Notes under the pieces: model-generated
The model's database searches: none
The model's input: the letters and a program-made list of their open reading frames with translations, nothing else
What the model was told of the DNA's origin: nothing
Made by a program: the position numbers and the translations under genes
In this document: one piece after another, positions 28,490-41,810 of the stretch
Position numbering within the stretch: the first letter of the stretch is position 1
Layout: each line of letters begins with the position of its first letter
Assembly: GCA_002269645.1 (NCBI GenBank)
Contig: NIVC01000877.1
Coordinates: forward strand, 104,803-168,802
Direction of reading: 5' to 3'
DNA from: Macrostomum lignano
Lineage: Eukaryota
Length of the DNA stretch: 64,000 bases

Positions 28490-30065
28490 CTAACTCTCCC
28501 CACCCTCAGCTCATAGCCTATAATTCCCCACCCTCTGCTCATAGCCTATAATTCCCCACCCTCTGCTCATAGCCTATAATTTCCCTACCCTCTGCTCATA
28601 GCCTTTAATTCCCCACCCTCAGCTCATAGCCTATAATTCCCCACCCTCAGCTCATAGCCTATAATTCCCCACCCTCAGCTCATAGCCTATAATTCCCCAC
28701 CCTCTGCTCATAGCCTATAATTCCCCACCCTCTGCTCATAGCCTATAATTCCCCACCCTCTGCTCATAGCTTATAATTCCCCACCCTCTGCTCATAGCCT
28801 ATAATTCCCCACCCTCTGCTCATAGCCTATAATTCCCCACCCTCTGCTCATAGCTTATAATTCCCCACCCTCTGCTCATAGCCTATAATTCCCCACCCTC
28901 AGCTCATAGACTATAATTCCCCACCCTCAGCTCATAGCCTATAATTCCCCACCCTCAGCTCATAGCCTATAATTCCCCATCCTCTGCTCATAGCCTATAA
29001 TTCCCTACCCTCAGCTCATAGAATTCCCCACCCTCAGCTCATGGCTTATAATTCCCTACCCTCAGCTCATAGAATTCCCCACCCTCAGCTCATAGAATTC
29101 CCCACCCTCAGCTCATGGCTTATAATTCCCCACCCTCAGCTCATAGACTATAATTCCCCACCCTCAGCTCATAGACTATAATTCCCCACCCTCAGCTCAT
29201 AGACTATAATTCCCCACCCTCAGCTCATAGACTATAATTCCCCTCCCTCAGCTCATAGACTATAATTCCCCTCCCTCAGCTCATAGAATTCCCCACCCTC
29301 AGCTCATAGAATTCCCCACCCTCAGCTCATGGCTTATAATTCCCCATTCTCAGCTCATTGACTATAATTCCCCACCCTCAGCTCATAGCCTATAATTCCT
29401 CACCCTCAGCTCATAGACTATAATTCCCCTCCCTCAGCTCATAGACTATAATTCCCCTCCCTCAGCTCATAGAATTCCCCACCCTCAGCTCATGGCTTAT
29501 AATTCCCTACCCTCAGCTCATAGAATTCCCCACCCTCAGCTCATGGCTTATAATTCCCCATCCTCCGCTCATTGACTATAATTCCCCACCCTCAGCTCAT
29601 AGCCTATAATTCCCCACCCTCAGCTCATAGACTATAATTCCCCTCCCTCAGCTCATAGACTATAACTCCCCACCCTCAGCTCATAGACTATAATTCCCCA
29701 CCCTCAGCTCATAGCCTATAATTCCCCTCCCTCAGCTCATAGCCTATAATTCCCCATCCTCTGCTCATAGCCTATAATTCCCTACCCTCAGCTCATAGAA
29801 TTCCCCACCCTCAGCTCATTGACTATAATTTCCCACCCTCAGCTCATTGACTATAATTTCCCACCCTCAGCTCATTGACTATAATTTCCCACCCTCAGCT
29901 CATTGACTATAATTTCCCACCCTCAGCTCATTGACTATAATTCCCCACCCTCAGCTCATAGACTATAATTCCCCACCCTCCCCCCCATAGCCTATAATTC
30001 CCCTCCCTCAGCTCGTAGCCTATAATTCCCACCCTCCCCCCATAGCCTATAATTCCCCACCCTCA
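28490..30065. repeat. About 29-bp minisatellite (CCCCACCCTCAGCTCATAGCCTATAATT-type)
   Basis: More than 50 units with length variants, directly visible. Confidence 0.95.
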
Positions 30066-30148
30066 GTTTAAACAACCGACCCCAATCCCATCTTTCATTT
30101 AAAGAGTTTAGAGTGAAAACTTGGCTGAATGTAATTCCTTTTCAGCGA

Positions 30149-30436
30149 ATGTCGTCCTCAGCGCCCGCCGCCTTCCAGGCCCCATCAGCCAACCAGGTGC
30201 GCCAGAATCGCCAGATTTTGGAGGAGCTGCAGGAGCAGAAGAAGCGTCTCGGTTCCGCCGGCCCCAAAGCGGGACGGGAGAGCGGCGGCGAATCTTCTGC
30301 TTCCGGAAAGCAGTCGCAGCAGCAACAGCAGCAGCAATTTGTACAGCCTAGCGACTCGTTTGGGACATTTTTGAAGCAGGACAGCCTGCTGGGCAATGCC
30401 ATGATCCCCGTGCTGCCCCGGATTCCCCCGCCATGA
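30149..30436 (+). CDS. INIP: SOSS complex subunit C (INIP) homolog, 95 aa
   Basis: NRQILEELQEQKKRL ~ NRVAILAELDKEKRKL and FLKQDSLLGNAMIPVLPRI ~ FITQDSAFGNLILPVLPRL of animal SOSS-C. Confidence 0.85.
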   Translation: MSSSAPAAFQAPSANQVRQNRQILEELQEQKKRLGSAGPKAGRESGGESSASGKQSQQQQQQQFVQPSDSFGTFLKQDSLLGNAMIPVLPRIPPP

Positions 30437-30885
30437 TCCCCGTGCTGCCCCGGATTCCCCCGCCATGATCCCCGTGCTGCCCCGGATTCCCCCGCCATGA
30501 TCCCCGTGCTGCCCCGGATTCCCCCGCCATGATCCCCGTGCTGCCCCGGATTCCCCCGCCATGATCCCCGTGCTGCCCCGGATTCCCCCGCCATGATCTG
30601 GAGATTCCCCGCCACGATTCTCTGAGATTCCCCTGCCATCATCTTCTGGGGATTCCATTTCAGGATTTCCCCAGCATTCAGGATTCTCCTGCCATGTTCC
30701 TCTCCCCTTTAGGGTTCCTCCGGATTTCGAGATTCCCCCGCCATGGTCTGGGGATTCCCCCGCCATGATCTGGAAATTCCCCGCCACGATTCTCTGGGAT
30801 TACCCTGCCATGGATGGTCCTCTGTGGATTCCCCTCCAGGATTCCCCTCAGGATTCCCCACCATGATCATCTAAGGATTCCCCGA
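30401..30885. repeat. 32-bp tandem repeat seeded by the INIP 3' coding end
   Basis: 6 perfect units of ATGATCCCCGTGCTGCCCCGGATTCCCCCGCC (30401-30592), then degenerate GGATTCCCC units. Confidence 0.92.
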
Positions 30886-31879
30886 CTAGCTGATCATGCA
30901 CGTTGTACTACATACTTATTAACCTGCGCGATACATTGATTAAGAAAGCCCTTCATAACAGAAAGATTTTCAACAAAAATATTTGAGATTTTGACCCTAA
31001 CGACAGAAAGATTTAGAAACAGAAATGATTATTAGTGAGACTTTAAGCCTTTAAGTTGGAGATATATTGTAGCAGACGCAGACAGACTTGCAGATGATAA
31101 GCATTCTAATCAGCTTAAAGTGTGCTCATTATTTACAAGTATTACGAGCTACTTCGGGTACACAGAGTTTCGTCGGTTTCGCTTCAGTTTGCTCGTGCCG
31201 AAATAGAAGATGCGACAAATCAATTTACGTCCAAATCGTGTAGTGTTAGTGTTAGACCCATACTACTCACCACACAGTTGTTAAGATTGTTCCTCATGCT
31301 TTGTTTGCGTTTAAGCTTCTGTACTGTACATATATTTAAGTGAATCTTAAACCCAATCAAATCGAAATATTATGAAAGCTTTCGTCCTCATTGAGTCATG
31401 CTGAGGCAAATTGCAGCTATTATAAATTAATTTTACTAATCATTTATCTGGCATTTATATCTTCATCAAAATCCTCTGCCTGTACCTTGATTCGAAATAA
31501 AGGCAAATTGCTCCCGCGTGTCGAGTTTGAAGTTCTCAGACAGAGACGCGACGGCTTAACTTTTGTACTTTTAGCTTGGCTATTGCTAATTTTAAATAAG
31601 GGGCGTTGATGACACCTGCAACCGTTTAATTGTGTTTATCAATTTTCATCAATAGCATAAATATAAGAGTACTGTTCAATTGGCAGTTGATTGATTCTCA
31701 CTCAAACTAAACAGAAAGGAGTTTCTTATAAAAGTGCTTTTTTCTCGGGTATAAGAACTTGTAGTACAGTTTCTGAATGCATTAATATGCGCTTGTATCT
31801 GTCTCTGCTCACGTGTCCTCTGCCTTCCTTGTCTGTCTGCCTTGTCCGCCTTTCATTGGGCCTGTCTCTTCATCGCATT

Positions 31880-31995
31880 CACCTGTCTATCTGTCTGTCC
31901 GTCTGTCTATCTATCTGTCTGTCGGTCTGTCCGTGTCTGTCTGTCTGTCCGTCGATCAGTCTGTCTGTCGGTCCATCTGTCTGTCTGTCCGTCTA

Positions 31996-32046
<51 letters not shown>

Positions 32047-32050
32047 GTCT
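31880..32050. repeat. (CTGT)n microsatellite
   Basis: Direct observation. Confidence 0.9.
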
Positions 32051-32203
32051 ATCTTGTCCTGCATCAGTTTTTCTATTCCCGGGCCTGCAAGCGATGCGCA
32101 GTGAATCAAAACAGATTCAGTTTCGCCACTGGTCAGGCAGGTAGGAAACCGCTGACAATCCTTGAAGCCAAAGTTTCACCGATGGCAGAAATGCGCTTTG
32201 CTG

Positions 32204-34125
32204 ATGCAGCAGCCGGCAGAGCAGCTTCATCTCATCGACTGCCACGCTCACCTGGCCGACGCCTGCTTTCTTGAGGTATTGATGGGTTTTCAGTGGATTG
32301 CCAGTTCAGCTTGGGTAGATTTGAGCTGCTGACTTAAACTCTATTTTCGCCCAAAACATGCTTTAGGATATTGACACGGTCGTCCAGAAAGCGATTAAGG
32401 TGTGTTCTTTTATAAGATTGCTGTTTTTAATCTTCTATCTCTCAACTTTCAAGTGCCCCTTCAACATATTTTTAGAACGGTGTCCAACAAGCCATTGTTG
32501 TTAGCGAAAGCATTGAGAATTTTGATCGCATCTTTGAGCTGCAGTCCAGGTTGGTTATTGGGGTGCTTCTTTTTGGGCAACATTACAAAACATCCTGATT
32601 AACCCTGAACTGCACCTGAGCATAGCCACTTAGGCGCTTTTAGAGTCGACCCTGAGGTGCACTAAATTACATGTACATCATAAAATGTCTTTTGAGCTTT
32701 GAAATTTACGTAAATTGCTCCTGGGGCTGTATACCTGAAGTAGACCTGAGTCTATCCTGAAATAAAACGTATAAATCGATGTTAAATGCAAAATGTCAGC
32801 ATACTAAAGGTGTTTTACAATAAATGTCCTACTTGGGACACCTAGCTCGTAGCTGTTTACCTAGAATGTGCTTGGGCAAGACTCCCGAATGTAGAGGCGA
32901 GACTCCTCTAGTGCAATTTCTATCTTTATGTTTTGATTCCCCTTAGTTTTTTTCCTTGAGTTTCCTAAGTTAAAAAGGCTATAATCTCCTAACGGGTTGC
33001 TTCTCTGAGAGCCCAATTGCCCTAATTTCCGATACTTCTGCGACTGGAAACTACTATTAGTAACGTAAAAGCAACTTCTATCCTGTTCCTATATTTATGC
33101 CCTATTACACGAACAACACCTGAAAGCTGTATCCAAAATACATGAGACTCGACCATAAAGAACCATCGCCGTTGATGTACATCTGAATATCTTAGATCTG
33201 ACCCTAAGAACGTTCCATAATCTAAAATGCTTAAGGTAACTATTAGCGGCTAAAAAGTTAAACTCGTTGCCTTTTCCAATCTTTCCTATTGCCCTCTCCT
33301 CAGACACCCGTCCTTCATCCAGCCCTGTCTGGGTGTCCACCCCGTGCAGCAGGCGGGCGGCCCCGGCCTCCTGGTCGGTGGCGAGTCCCGCAACCGTTGC
33401 GTCCAACTTGACGACCTCGAGAAGGCGATGCCAGCGATCGAGGCGGCCGCCGACCGCCTGATTGGCGTTGGTGAAGTCGGCCTGGACTTCACGCCGCGCT
33501 GGTGCCCCGACGAGGCGGCCAGGGAGACGCAGAAGGCCGTGCTGCGTCGGCAGGCCGAGTTCGCCCTGCGGCACGACCTGACGCTGAATGTGCACTCCAG
33601 GTGCGCCTGTCTGCTGCCTGTCTGCCTAGTTATTAGTAATTCATAGCTAGTTAACAAGTCGTCATGACTCAAGCTGTTCCGCTGTGCAAATTTGCAACCG
33701 ACGCTCCCCCCCCCACGCCCAGATCTGCCGGTCACCACTGCATCGAGCTGCTGCACTCGCTAGGTGTGCGGCGCGCCCACCTGCACGCATTCAACGGCCG
33801 GCCACACTACGCGGTGACGGGCGCCCAGCTGGGCTATTACTTCTCCATCCCGCCTGAGGTGGTCCGCGACTCCGGCAAGCAGCGCCTGGTGGCGGCCCTG
33901 CCGCTGGACCGCCTGTTGCTCGAGACCGATTCGCCCGTGCTGGGCCCGACCGTCGACCAGAGAAACGAGCCGTCCAATGCTCGGCTTGTGCTAGAGTTCA
34001 TCGCCAAGGACAAGGCCATCTCGACTGAGGCCGCCGCGGCCGCTTTGCTAGACAACACGATGAAGGCCTATCCGAGACTGGCCAGAGCACAGGGGGTCCC
34101 GGTGGGAGACTCAGGGTGTGACTGA
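32204..34125 (+). CDS. TATDN3: TatD-family DNase TATDN3, 292 aa; exons 32204-32275, 32367-32399, 32476-32549, 33304-33600, 33723-34125
   Basis: LIDCHAHL, PCLGVHPVQ, GEVGLDF, LNVHSRSAG, HLHAFNG, LLETDSP, RNEPSN. All introns are GT-AG and phases join into an 879-nt ORF. Confidence 0.93.
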
Positions 34126-34824
34126 AGTCCAACTAACGTGGCTACCAATCAGATTCTGTTCAGTAGGGGAAAGTAGGAGAGTGAGGTGTGTGCTGATATG
34201 CGCTTTAACCGCCAGCCAATCAGATTTGGATGTATTGCAGGGTTGTGGAGTGAGGTGGGTGCTGATATGCGCTTTAACCGCCAGCCAATCAGATTCGGTT
34301 GCATTGCAGAGTTGTGGAGTGAGGCGGGTGCTGAGAGAGACATTCGTCAGTCATGCACCTGTTTGATTTGTCACTAAAATTATTGGATTAATATTTTTGC
34401 ATTCTTGGTTATTTACGCGAGTACTTGCAATGCAGCCTGCAATTGACTACTTTAACTCGTATATATGATTTTGCTAGACCTTTTCGGTGTTGCAATTTTT
34501 ATTAGATTTCTTTATGCGGAAATTTATATTCCAAATATTACTAAAGTAAATTTTCTAAGTAGCGTAGATCGCATCTGGCTTTTATATTTTGGCAAATAGT
34601 CTCAGCCATTGCGATTGAAATACGCACAAAAATATTCAAACTTCTCTCGTGGGCGCGGCGCAGTAAATAGGGAACTCGTTTTTTCTCTCTTCTTTATTCT
34701 CGTTTTTTACTACGAGTAGTATTGTTTTGCGATGCCAGCAAGCTATTCCGATTGCCAAATTTTCATGTACTTCTTTTACATTTATTACCATCCATGGTCC
34801 CAGATTCTCAACTCATTCATATTC

Positions 34825-36260
34825 TAATGACGCAGAATCCCAGCTTCTGAGCTCTATTTAATTAATGCAGAATCCCAGCTTCTGAGCTCTATTTAATTGA
34901 CGCAGAATCCAAGCTTCTGAGCTCTATTCCAATGCTGCAGAATCCCAGCTTCTCAGCTCTATTCCAATGATGCAGAATCCCAGCTTCTCAGCTCTATTCC
35001 AATGATGCAGAATCCCAGCTTCTCAGCTCTATTCCAATGATGCAGAATCCCAGCTTCTGAGCTCTATTCCAATGATGCAGAATCCCAGCTTCTGAGCTCT
35101 ATTCCAATGATGCAGAATCCCAGCTTCTGAGCTCTATTCCAATGATGCAGAATCCCAGCTTCTGAGCTCTATTCCAATATGCAGAATCCCAGCTTCTCAG
35201 CTCTATTCCAATGATGCAGAATCCGCAGCTTCTCAGCTCTACTCCAATGATGCAGAATCCCAGCTTCTCAGCTCTATTCCAATGATGCAGAATCCGCAGC
35301 TTCTCAGCTCTACTCCAATGATGCAGAATCCCAGCTTCTCAGCTCTATTCCAATGATGCAGAATCCCAGCTTCTCAGCTCTATTCCAATGATGCAGAATC
35401 CGCAGCTTCTCAGCTCTACTCCAATGATGCAGAATCCCAGCTTCTCAGCTCTATTCCAATGATGCAGAATCCCAGCTTCTCAGCTCTATTCCAATGATGC
35501 AGAATCCGCAGCTTCTGAGCTCTATTCCAATGATGCAGAATCCCAGCTTCTCAGCTCTATTCCAATGATGCAGAATCCCAGCTTCTCAGCTCTATTCCAA
35601 TGATGCAGAATCCGCAGCTTCTGAGCTCTATTCCAATGATGCAGAATCCCAGCTTCTCAGCTCTATTCCAATGATGCAGAATCCCAGCTTCTGAGCTCTA
35701 TTCCAATGATGCAGAATCCCAGCTTCTCAGCTCTATTCCAATGATGCAGAATCCCAGCTTCTCAGCCCCATCGCAATGCTGCAGAATCCCAGCTTCTGAG
35801 CTCTATTCCAATGATGCAGAATCCCAGCTTCTGAGCTCTATTCCAATGATGCAGAATCCCAGCTTCTCAGCTCTATTCCAATGATGCAGAATCCCAGCTT
35901 CTCAGCTCTATTCCAATGATGCAGAATCCCAGCTTCTCAGCTCTATTCCAATGATGCAGAATCCCAGCTTCTGAGCTCTATTCCAATGATGCAGAATCCC
36001 AGCTTCTGAGCTCTATTCCAATGATGCAGAATCCCAGCTTCTCAGCTCTATTCCAATGATGCAGAATCCCAGCTTCTCAGCCCCATCGCAATGCTGCAGA
36101 ATCCCAGCTTCTCAGCTCTATTCCAATGATGCAGAATCCTAGCTTCTCAGCCCCATCACAATGCTGCAGAATCCCAGCTTCTCAGATCTACTCTAATGAT
36201 GCAGAATCCGCAGCTTCTCAGCTCTACTCCAATGATGCAGAATCCGCAGCCTCTCAGCCC
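34825..36260. repeat. 35-bp minisatellite (TGATGCAGAATCCCAGCTTCT(C/G)AGCTCTATTCCAA)n
   Basis: About 40 units, directly visible. Confidence 0.95.
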
Positions 36261-39200
36261 TAACTGAACAATAATTCAGAATCTAATCTTCTGAAGCTCA
36301 GAGTCCCGACTCTATTGATGATGTCGATCAGCTGAAGCTTGTGAAAATAAGGAAAACTAAATTCAGTTTATTCCTATTTACATAATACGAGGTCAAGGAT
36401 GCGAACCAGTTTATTTATGCATTCTGTTTTGACTCGTTTTTCAATTTCCGAAATTAATGTTCGAGTTTCCGCCCTTGCTCTCTCGGGCTCGGCTGAAGTC
36501 AACAACAAAAGGAAATGCAAGACTACAGCAACTTGCTACTATAGCATTGAAGGGCAGCAATAGCAAAGAGGGATTGTTCAACAAGGGGATGCGGGAGCTG
36601 ATCAAGCAAATCTCATCTCCCGGAGACGGCAACCTGCCTTGAATTTTCGCTCTGCTGCTGCAACTGCGGCGGCTGTTGCTGTGGCAAAGTTATCGTCTCA
36701 GGGATCGGAGAGTTTGAGTTCGAATAATATCGAGCAGAATCAGAGTGAGATACGAGGGGGGGGGGTTGAAAATGGCACCAGTTGACAGTTGGTTGCTGTC
36801 TAGGCGGATGCTTTGGCCTGTGTCGGCAAAGGGGTTAAATATTAACAATTTTCACATACTTAAGCAGCTAAAATTAGTTCGGTTAGTCATCTCGCACTGT
36901 ACTGAAAAATAAACAGACTTCAATTCTAAAAGGGAACTTCTAAGTTCTGCAGCACTTTAAATTCATTTAATAAAATCTTTGCCGTGCAGCGGTTAAGCGA
37001 AGGCATTTTAGAAATGTCGCAGTTTCGTCGTGCAGTACTGCACTGCAAAGAGCAAAGGGCCTGCTGTCTGGCAGGCATCCGCTATCGCTGCTGATATTGA
37101 ATGGCTTCGATTTTAATAAATCCAAATTAACTTTAACAGGTTAAATACCTTCGCTACAAAAGAGCGCCGAAGCAAGAAGAATGCTAATCAAAGAAAATTC
37201 AAAGAGATTTTTACAGTGTAATAAAATAAACACTTGGATAAGATGGGCTCTGCCTGAAATAGGGCTCTCCCTTACCAAAGTCCTGGAACTCACCACGACC
37301 ATTTTTGGAATTGCGCGCGTGCACCGGCTTAGCAAGGCAAATAGCGAACAAATTGCGAAGCGAAGCAGATTTGGCCCGACTTCGGCGCTGGCTGATTTTT
37401 ATCTCTGGGGCCCCACGCACCAGGTCGTCTTTTCCTTTCTTTCCCCTATGGATGCTCCCCCCACCCCCCGGTTCATCAATCGTCGCACAGAATATTGTCT
37501 AGCACGGCTTGGGGGTAGGCGTGACCTCCACCCATCCTCCGCTGTCTGAATACCCTCACCCCTGTCTGGCGTTCTCTCATTGGCTGGGCCGGTTTTCACA
37601 CTTTCAGCAGGCATATCATTTAGGACTGTACAATTGTACATTCTCCTTCTAGACCTAAAGTCTGTCTGAGACTGAGGGGGTGGTCACCCTGTCTGGCGGA
37701 AATCATTACAACTGAGGCCAAGCGGGGAAGGTCCTGGGCCTGGCCTGGTTTTCAGACACGACATGAGCCGGCAAGGCCCAGGCCGATAAACAGGCCAATA
37801 TTTTAACATTTCATTTTTTCGTTCGCGTTCGCTTCTTAGTTCTTATTCTTTCGCCGAGCTTTAAATACACTTATTTTTTCTGCAATCTCGCATCCCTACT
37901 CCCTAGTATGATAATCCTTTCCTAATCTTCCTTACTTTACTTTACTGCAGTTATGTAGAGACTCAAGTTTAACAAAGGCAAACTACTAAGTACTAACGGA
38001 TTATTCAACATTGTTATGTTACCCATGAAGCAAACACAAGAGAAAGTTTGTTCTTTAATGTCTTAATTTTTTTGCAAAGAGCTGTGTCTGTCTGCTGTCA
38101 TTTCTTTGCTAGTAGACCTAGCTGTCTGTGTGGAACGAACCCTCTGGATGAACTGTGCTGTATACACAATCGCAAGTTCGCAGAGCAGAATAGGTTAACT
38201 AGAACAAGCACATTGCAACTAGCGAGCCAGCAATGAAGAAGCGAAGCCGCGCACTTCAACACTGCTGGTTTGCTTAGCAGCGACTTAGCCCAGACAGGCT
38301 TAAGCAACAACACTCGCAGCTGCAGGGCAGCCTCTCCAGGGCCTCGCAGCCACTTTCAAACCTGCAGTGGCGGCCCCACCCTCACCAGTCCCAGCAAAAA
38401 AGCTCTCCGTGGCTCAGCCCGCTTCAAATCTGCCCCCAGGCCCCACACGTCTGTCAACCCTCCTCCACCTCCGGCGGCTTCAGCTTTAAGCCATTAGATT
38501 TATGCTTATTATAGCTATAGGCATTAAGCTTAGCAATATTTATTCATTCCGTTTGGTTCTCTTGCACTCTAATGTATAATATAAACTAGATGGGGGGCAG
38601 ACGAGACGGTGGGTGTCTGTCTATCCCCAAGTACTCCAGACCTCCTTCATCCATCCTATCCCCTTCCCAAACCGGTCCTCAGCTCTAATTCCCTTGGTAT
38701 CGGCATTGGTATGCAGCTCTCTACCCCGGCCGAGACCAGCTGCAGAGAGTCTTGTGCGTGCGTTCAGAAATGCAGAACTGCGCTGCCTCATCCGTCCCCG
38801 TGAATTTCTCTCCCCTTCTGTCTGCTTTGCCTCTTGTCTGGCCTCATCCCCCTGCAGTGCTCCGCACCCCCTGTCTGCAGTCTGTCTGCACTTCTAAATC
38901 CCCTTGTCCGGCCGGCCTCGGCCACTAACCTCCCTCAGCCCTCCCTTTCAGTTCCTGTGCCGCCCGTCGGCTGCTGGGCGGCAGGATGGGCCGGGCCGAC
39001 AAGGCCTTTTTAATCGTTTCCTGTTTCCCTGCATTTCCCACTCTCGCCTGATGTTGCTGACTGACACTGAAATATTCAAACTCTCCCCCCAACTGAGCGA
39101 AAGAAATTGGGGAAATCTTGCCGATTTTGTTGCCGGGCAAACTGTGGACCGGGCTCTCGGTCGTATCGTGTGCATAGTAGGATAAAGGACTTTGCTAGAT

Positions 39201-40194
39201 TAGATGTTTGTCTGTCTGACTGGCTGTCTGTCTGTCTGTCTGTCTGTCTGTCTGCTTGGCTGGCTGAACTCGCGCTCAGCCTCAGACACGCAAGCAGACG
39301 GTATAATAGTGTAGTAGTACTCTGGACTCAGGAGAGGGGCCGTCGCCTCCTGCATCTCACAAAGGAACTGAAATTCAATAGCCTTTTGCCCGCGAGCAGA
39401 AAAGCAGAGGCGGAAACGGAGGAAAAACAGACGAGCAGCTGGATTTCGGAAATAACAAGACTGCCGATTCTGTCGTGCTGCCTCGCCTCTGGCTCACTTT
39501 AATTGAAGGCAGTCGGCAATGGCCCACTTATTTCTTCAGACAGCACTCTGGATTTCCATCAAATTTCGATTTTCGACTCAAATCTTGGTAAAAAATTGCA
39601 GAAATCAAAATCGGCAGCTTTTACACAGGCCTTTTAGTCCGCCTCCTCCATCCCACCTCTTGCGTCCGTCATCCGCCCCTTTTATCCTCCATCTCGGAGT
39701 TCCCTTTTTCGTATAGAACAACTCCACAGCACAGGTTTGCTAAGAGCCCCTCCGTCTCGCAGTCTGTTTGGTGCTCTGCAAACATCAGCAAAAACACCAG
39801 TCCTTTAGCTGCTCCATATAGACAGTCTCAACTGCAACCGGCATGTGTCGCACTCAGATCAGTCCAAATCAGACACTTCATTAATTTCAGTTCTCCCATA
39901 TTTTGCTTTGTTATCCCTGTTTGTCTGTTTGTCTGCCTGTCTGCCTGTCTGGCTGTCTGTTGATTACCGAATTGCAGTAACAAAGCAATGTATCTGTACT
40001 AGCTTTACGAGTAAAGTGCATCAAACCTCATGGTAACTGTTCTGGATAGAGAGCCGTCTGTCGGTCTCTAAAAAGTCACTTGAAAAGAATATCCCCATAT
40101 TGCTGCACTGCCTGCCGAGAATTCGGTACCTTAGAGTGGCCTCGATCGCTTTTCTGTTTATAATTGAGCTCTTGCTCGCGCGTCATTTGCCCTC

Positions 40195-41810
40195 TCTGCC
40201 TCTCCTGTCTACCTCTCCTCTCTGCTTCTCATCTCTACCTCTCCTCTCTGACTCTGCCTCTCCTGTCTACCTCTCCTCTCTGCTTCTCATCTCTACCTCT
40301 CCTCTCTGACTCTGCCTCTCCTCTCTGCCTCTCCTCTCTGCCTCTCCTCTCTGCCTCTCCTCTCTGCCTCTCCTCTCTGCCTCTCCTCTCTGACTCTGCC
40401 TCTCCTCTCTGCCTCTCCTCTCTGCCTCTCCTCTCTGACTCTGCCTCTCCTCTCTGCCTCTCCTCTCTGCCTCTCCTCTCTGACTCTGCCTCTCCTCTCT
40501 GCCTCTCCTCTCTGACTCTGCCTCTCCTCTCTGCCTCTCCTCTCTGACTCTGCCTCTCCTCCCTGCCTCTCCTCTCTGCCTCTCCTCTCTGACTCTGCCT
40601 CTCCTCTCTGCCTCTCCTCTCTGCCTCTCCTCTCTGACTCTGCCTCTCCTCTCTGCCTCTCCTCTCTGCCTCTCCTCTCTGACTCTGCCTCTCCTCTCTG
40701 CCTCTCCTCTCTGCCTCTTCTCTCTGACTCTGCCTCTCCTCTCTGCCTCTCCTCTCTGCCTCTCCTCTCTGACTCTGCCTCTCCTCTCTGCCTCTCCTCT
40801 CTGCCTCTCCTCTCTGCCTCTCCTCTCTGCCTCTCCTCTCTGACTCTGCCTCTCCTCTCTGCCTCTCCTCTCTGACTCTGCCTCTCCTCTCTGCCTCTCC
40901 TCTCTGACTCTGCCTCTCCTCTCTGCCTCTCCTCTCTGCCTCTCCTCTCTGACTCTGCCTCTCCTCTCTGCCTCTCCTCTCTGCCTCTCCTCTCTGACTC
41001 TGCCTCTCCTCTCTGCCTCTCCTCTCTGACTCTGCCTCTCCTCTCTGCCTCTCCTCTCTGACTCTGCCTCTCCTCTCTGCCTCTCCTCTCTGCCTCTCCT
41101 CTCTGCTTCTCATCTCTGCCTCTCCTCTCTGCCTCTCCTCTCTGCCTCTCCTCTCTGCCTCTCCTCTCTACCTCTCCTCTCTGCCTCTCCTCTCTGCCTC
41201 TCCTCTCTGCCTCTCCTCTCTACCTCTCCTCTCTGCCTCTCCTCTCTGCTTCTCATCTCTACCTCTGCCTCTCCTCTCTGCCACTCCTATCTACCTCTCC
41301 TCTCTACCTCTCCTCTCTGCCTCTCCTCTCTGCCACTCCTCTCTACCTCTCCTCTCTACCTCTCCTCTCTACCTCTCCTCTCTGCCTCTCCTCTCTACCT
41401 CTCCTCTCTGCCTCTCCTCTCTGCCTCTCCTCTCTACCTCTCCTCTCTGCCTCTTCTCTCTGCCACTCCTCTCTACCTCTCCTCTCTACCTCTCCTCTCT
41501 GCCTCTCCTCTCTGCCTCTCCTCTCTGCCTCTCCTCTCTGCCTCTCCTCTCTGCCTCTTCTCTCTGCCTCTCCTCTGTGCTTCTCATCTCTACCTCTGCC
41601 TCTCATCTCTACCTCTCCTCTCTGCTTCTCATCTCTACCTCTTCTCTCTGCTTCTTATCTCTACCTCTGCCTCTCATCTCTACCTCTCCTCTCTACCACT
41701 TCTCTCTGCTTCTCATCTCCACGAGCTATCTCTCCTCTCTGCCTCTGCCTCTCATCTCTACCTCACCTCTCCTCTCTAACTCTTCTCTCTGTCTCTCCTC
41801 TGCCTTTTAT
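40195..41810. repeat. CT-rich compound microsatellite (CTCTGCCTCTCCT / CTGACT units)
   Basis: Direct observation. Confidence 0.95.

Noticed and set aside
28740-29560. GCTTATA occurrences in the host minisatellite as further late-promoter boxes
   Set aside because: They are variants of the GCCTATA unit outside the virus. They show the 7-mer can arise by chance, so they were not counted.
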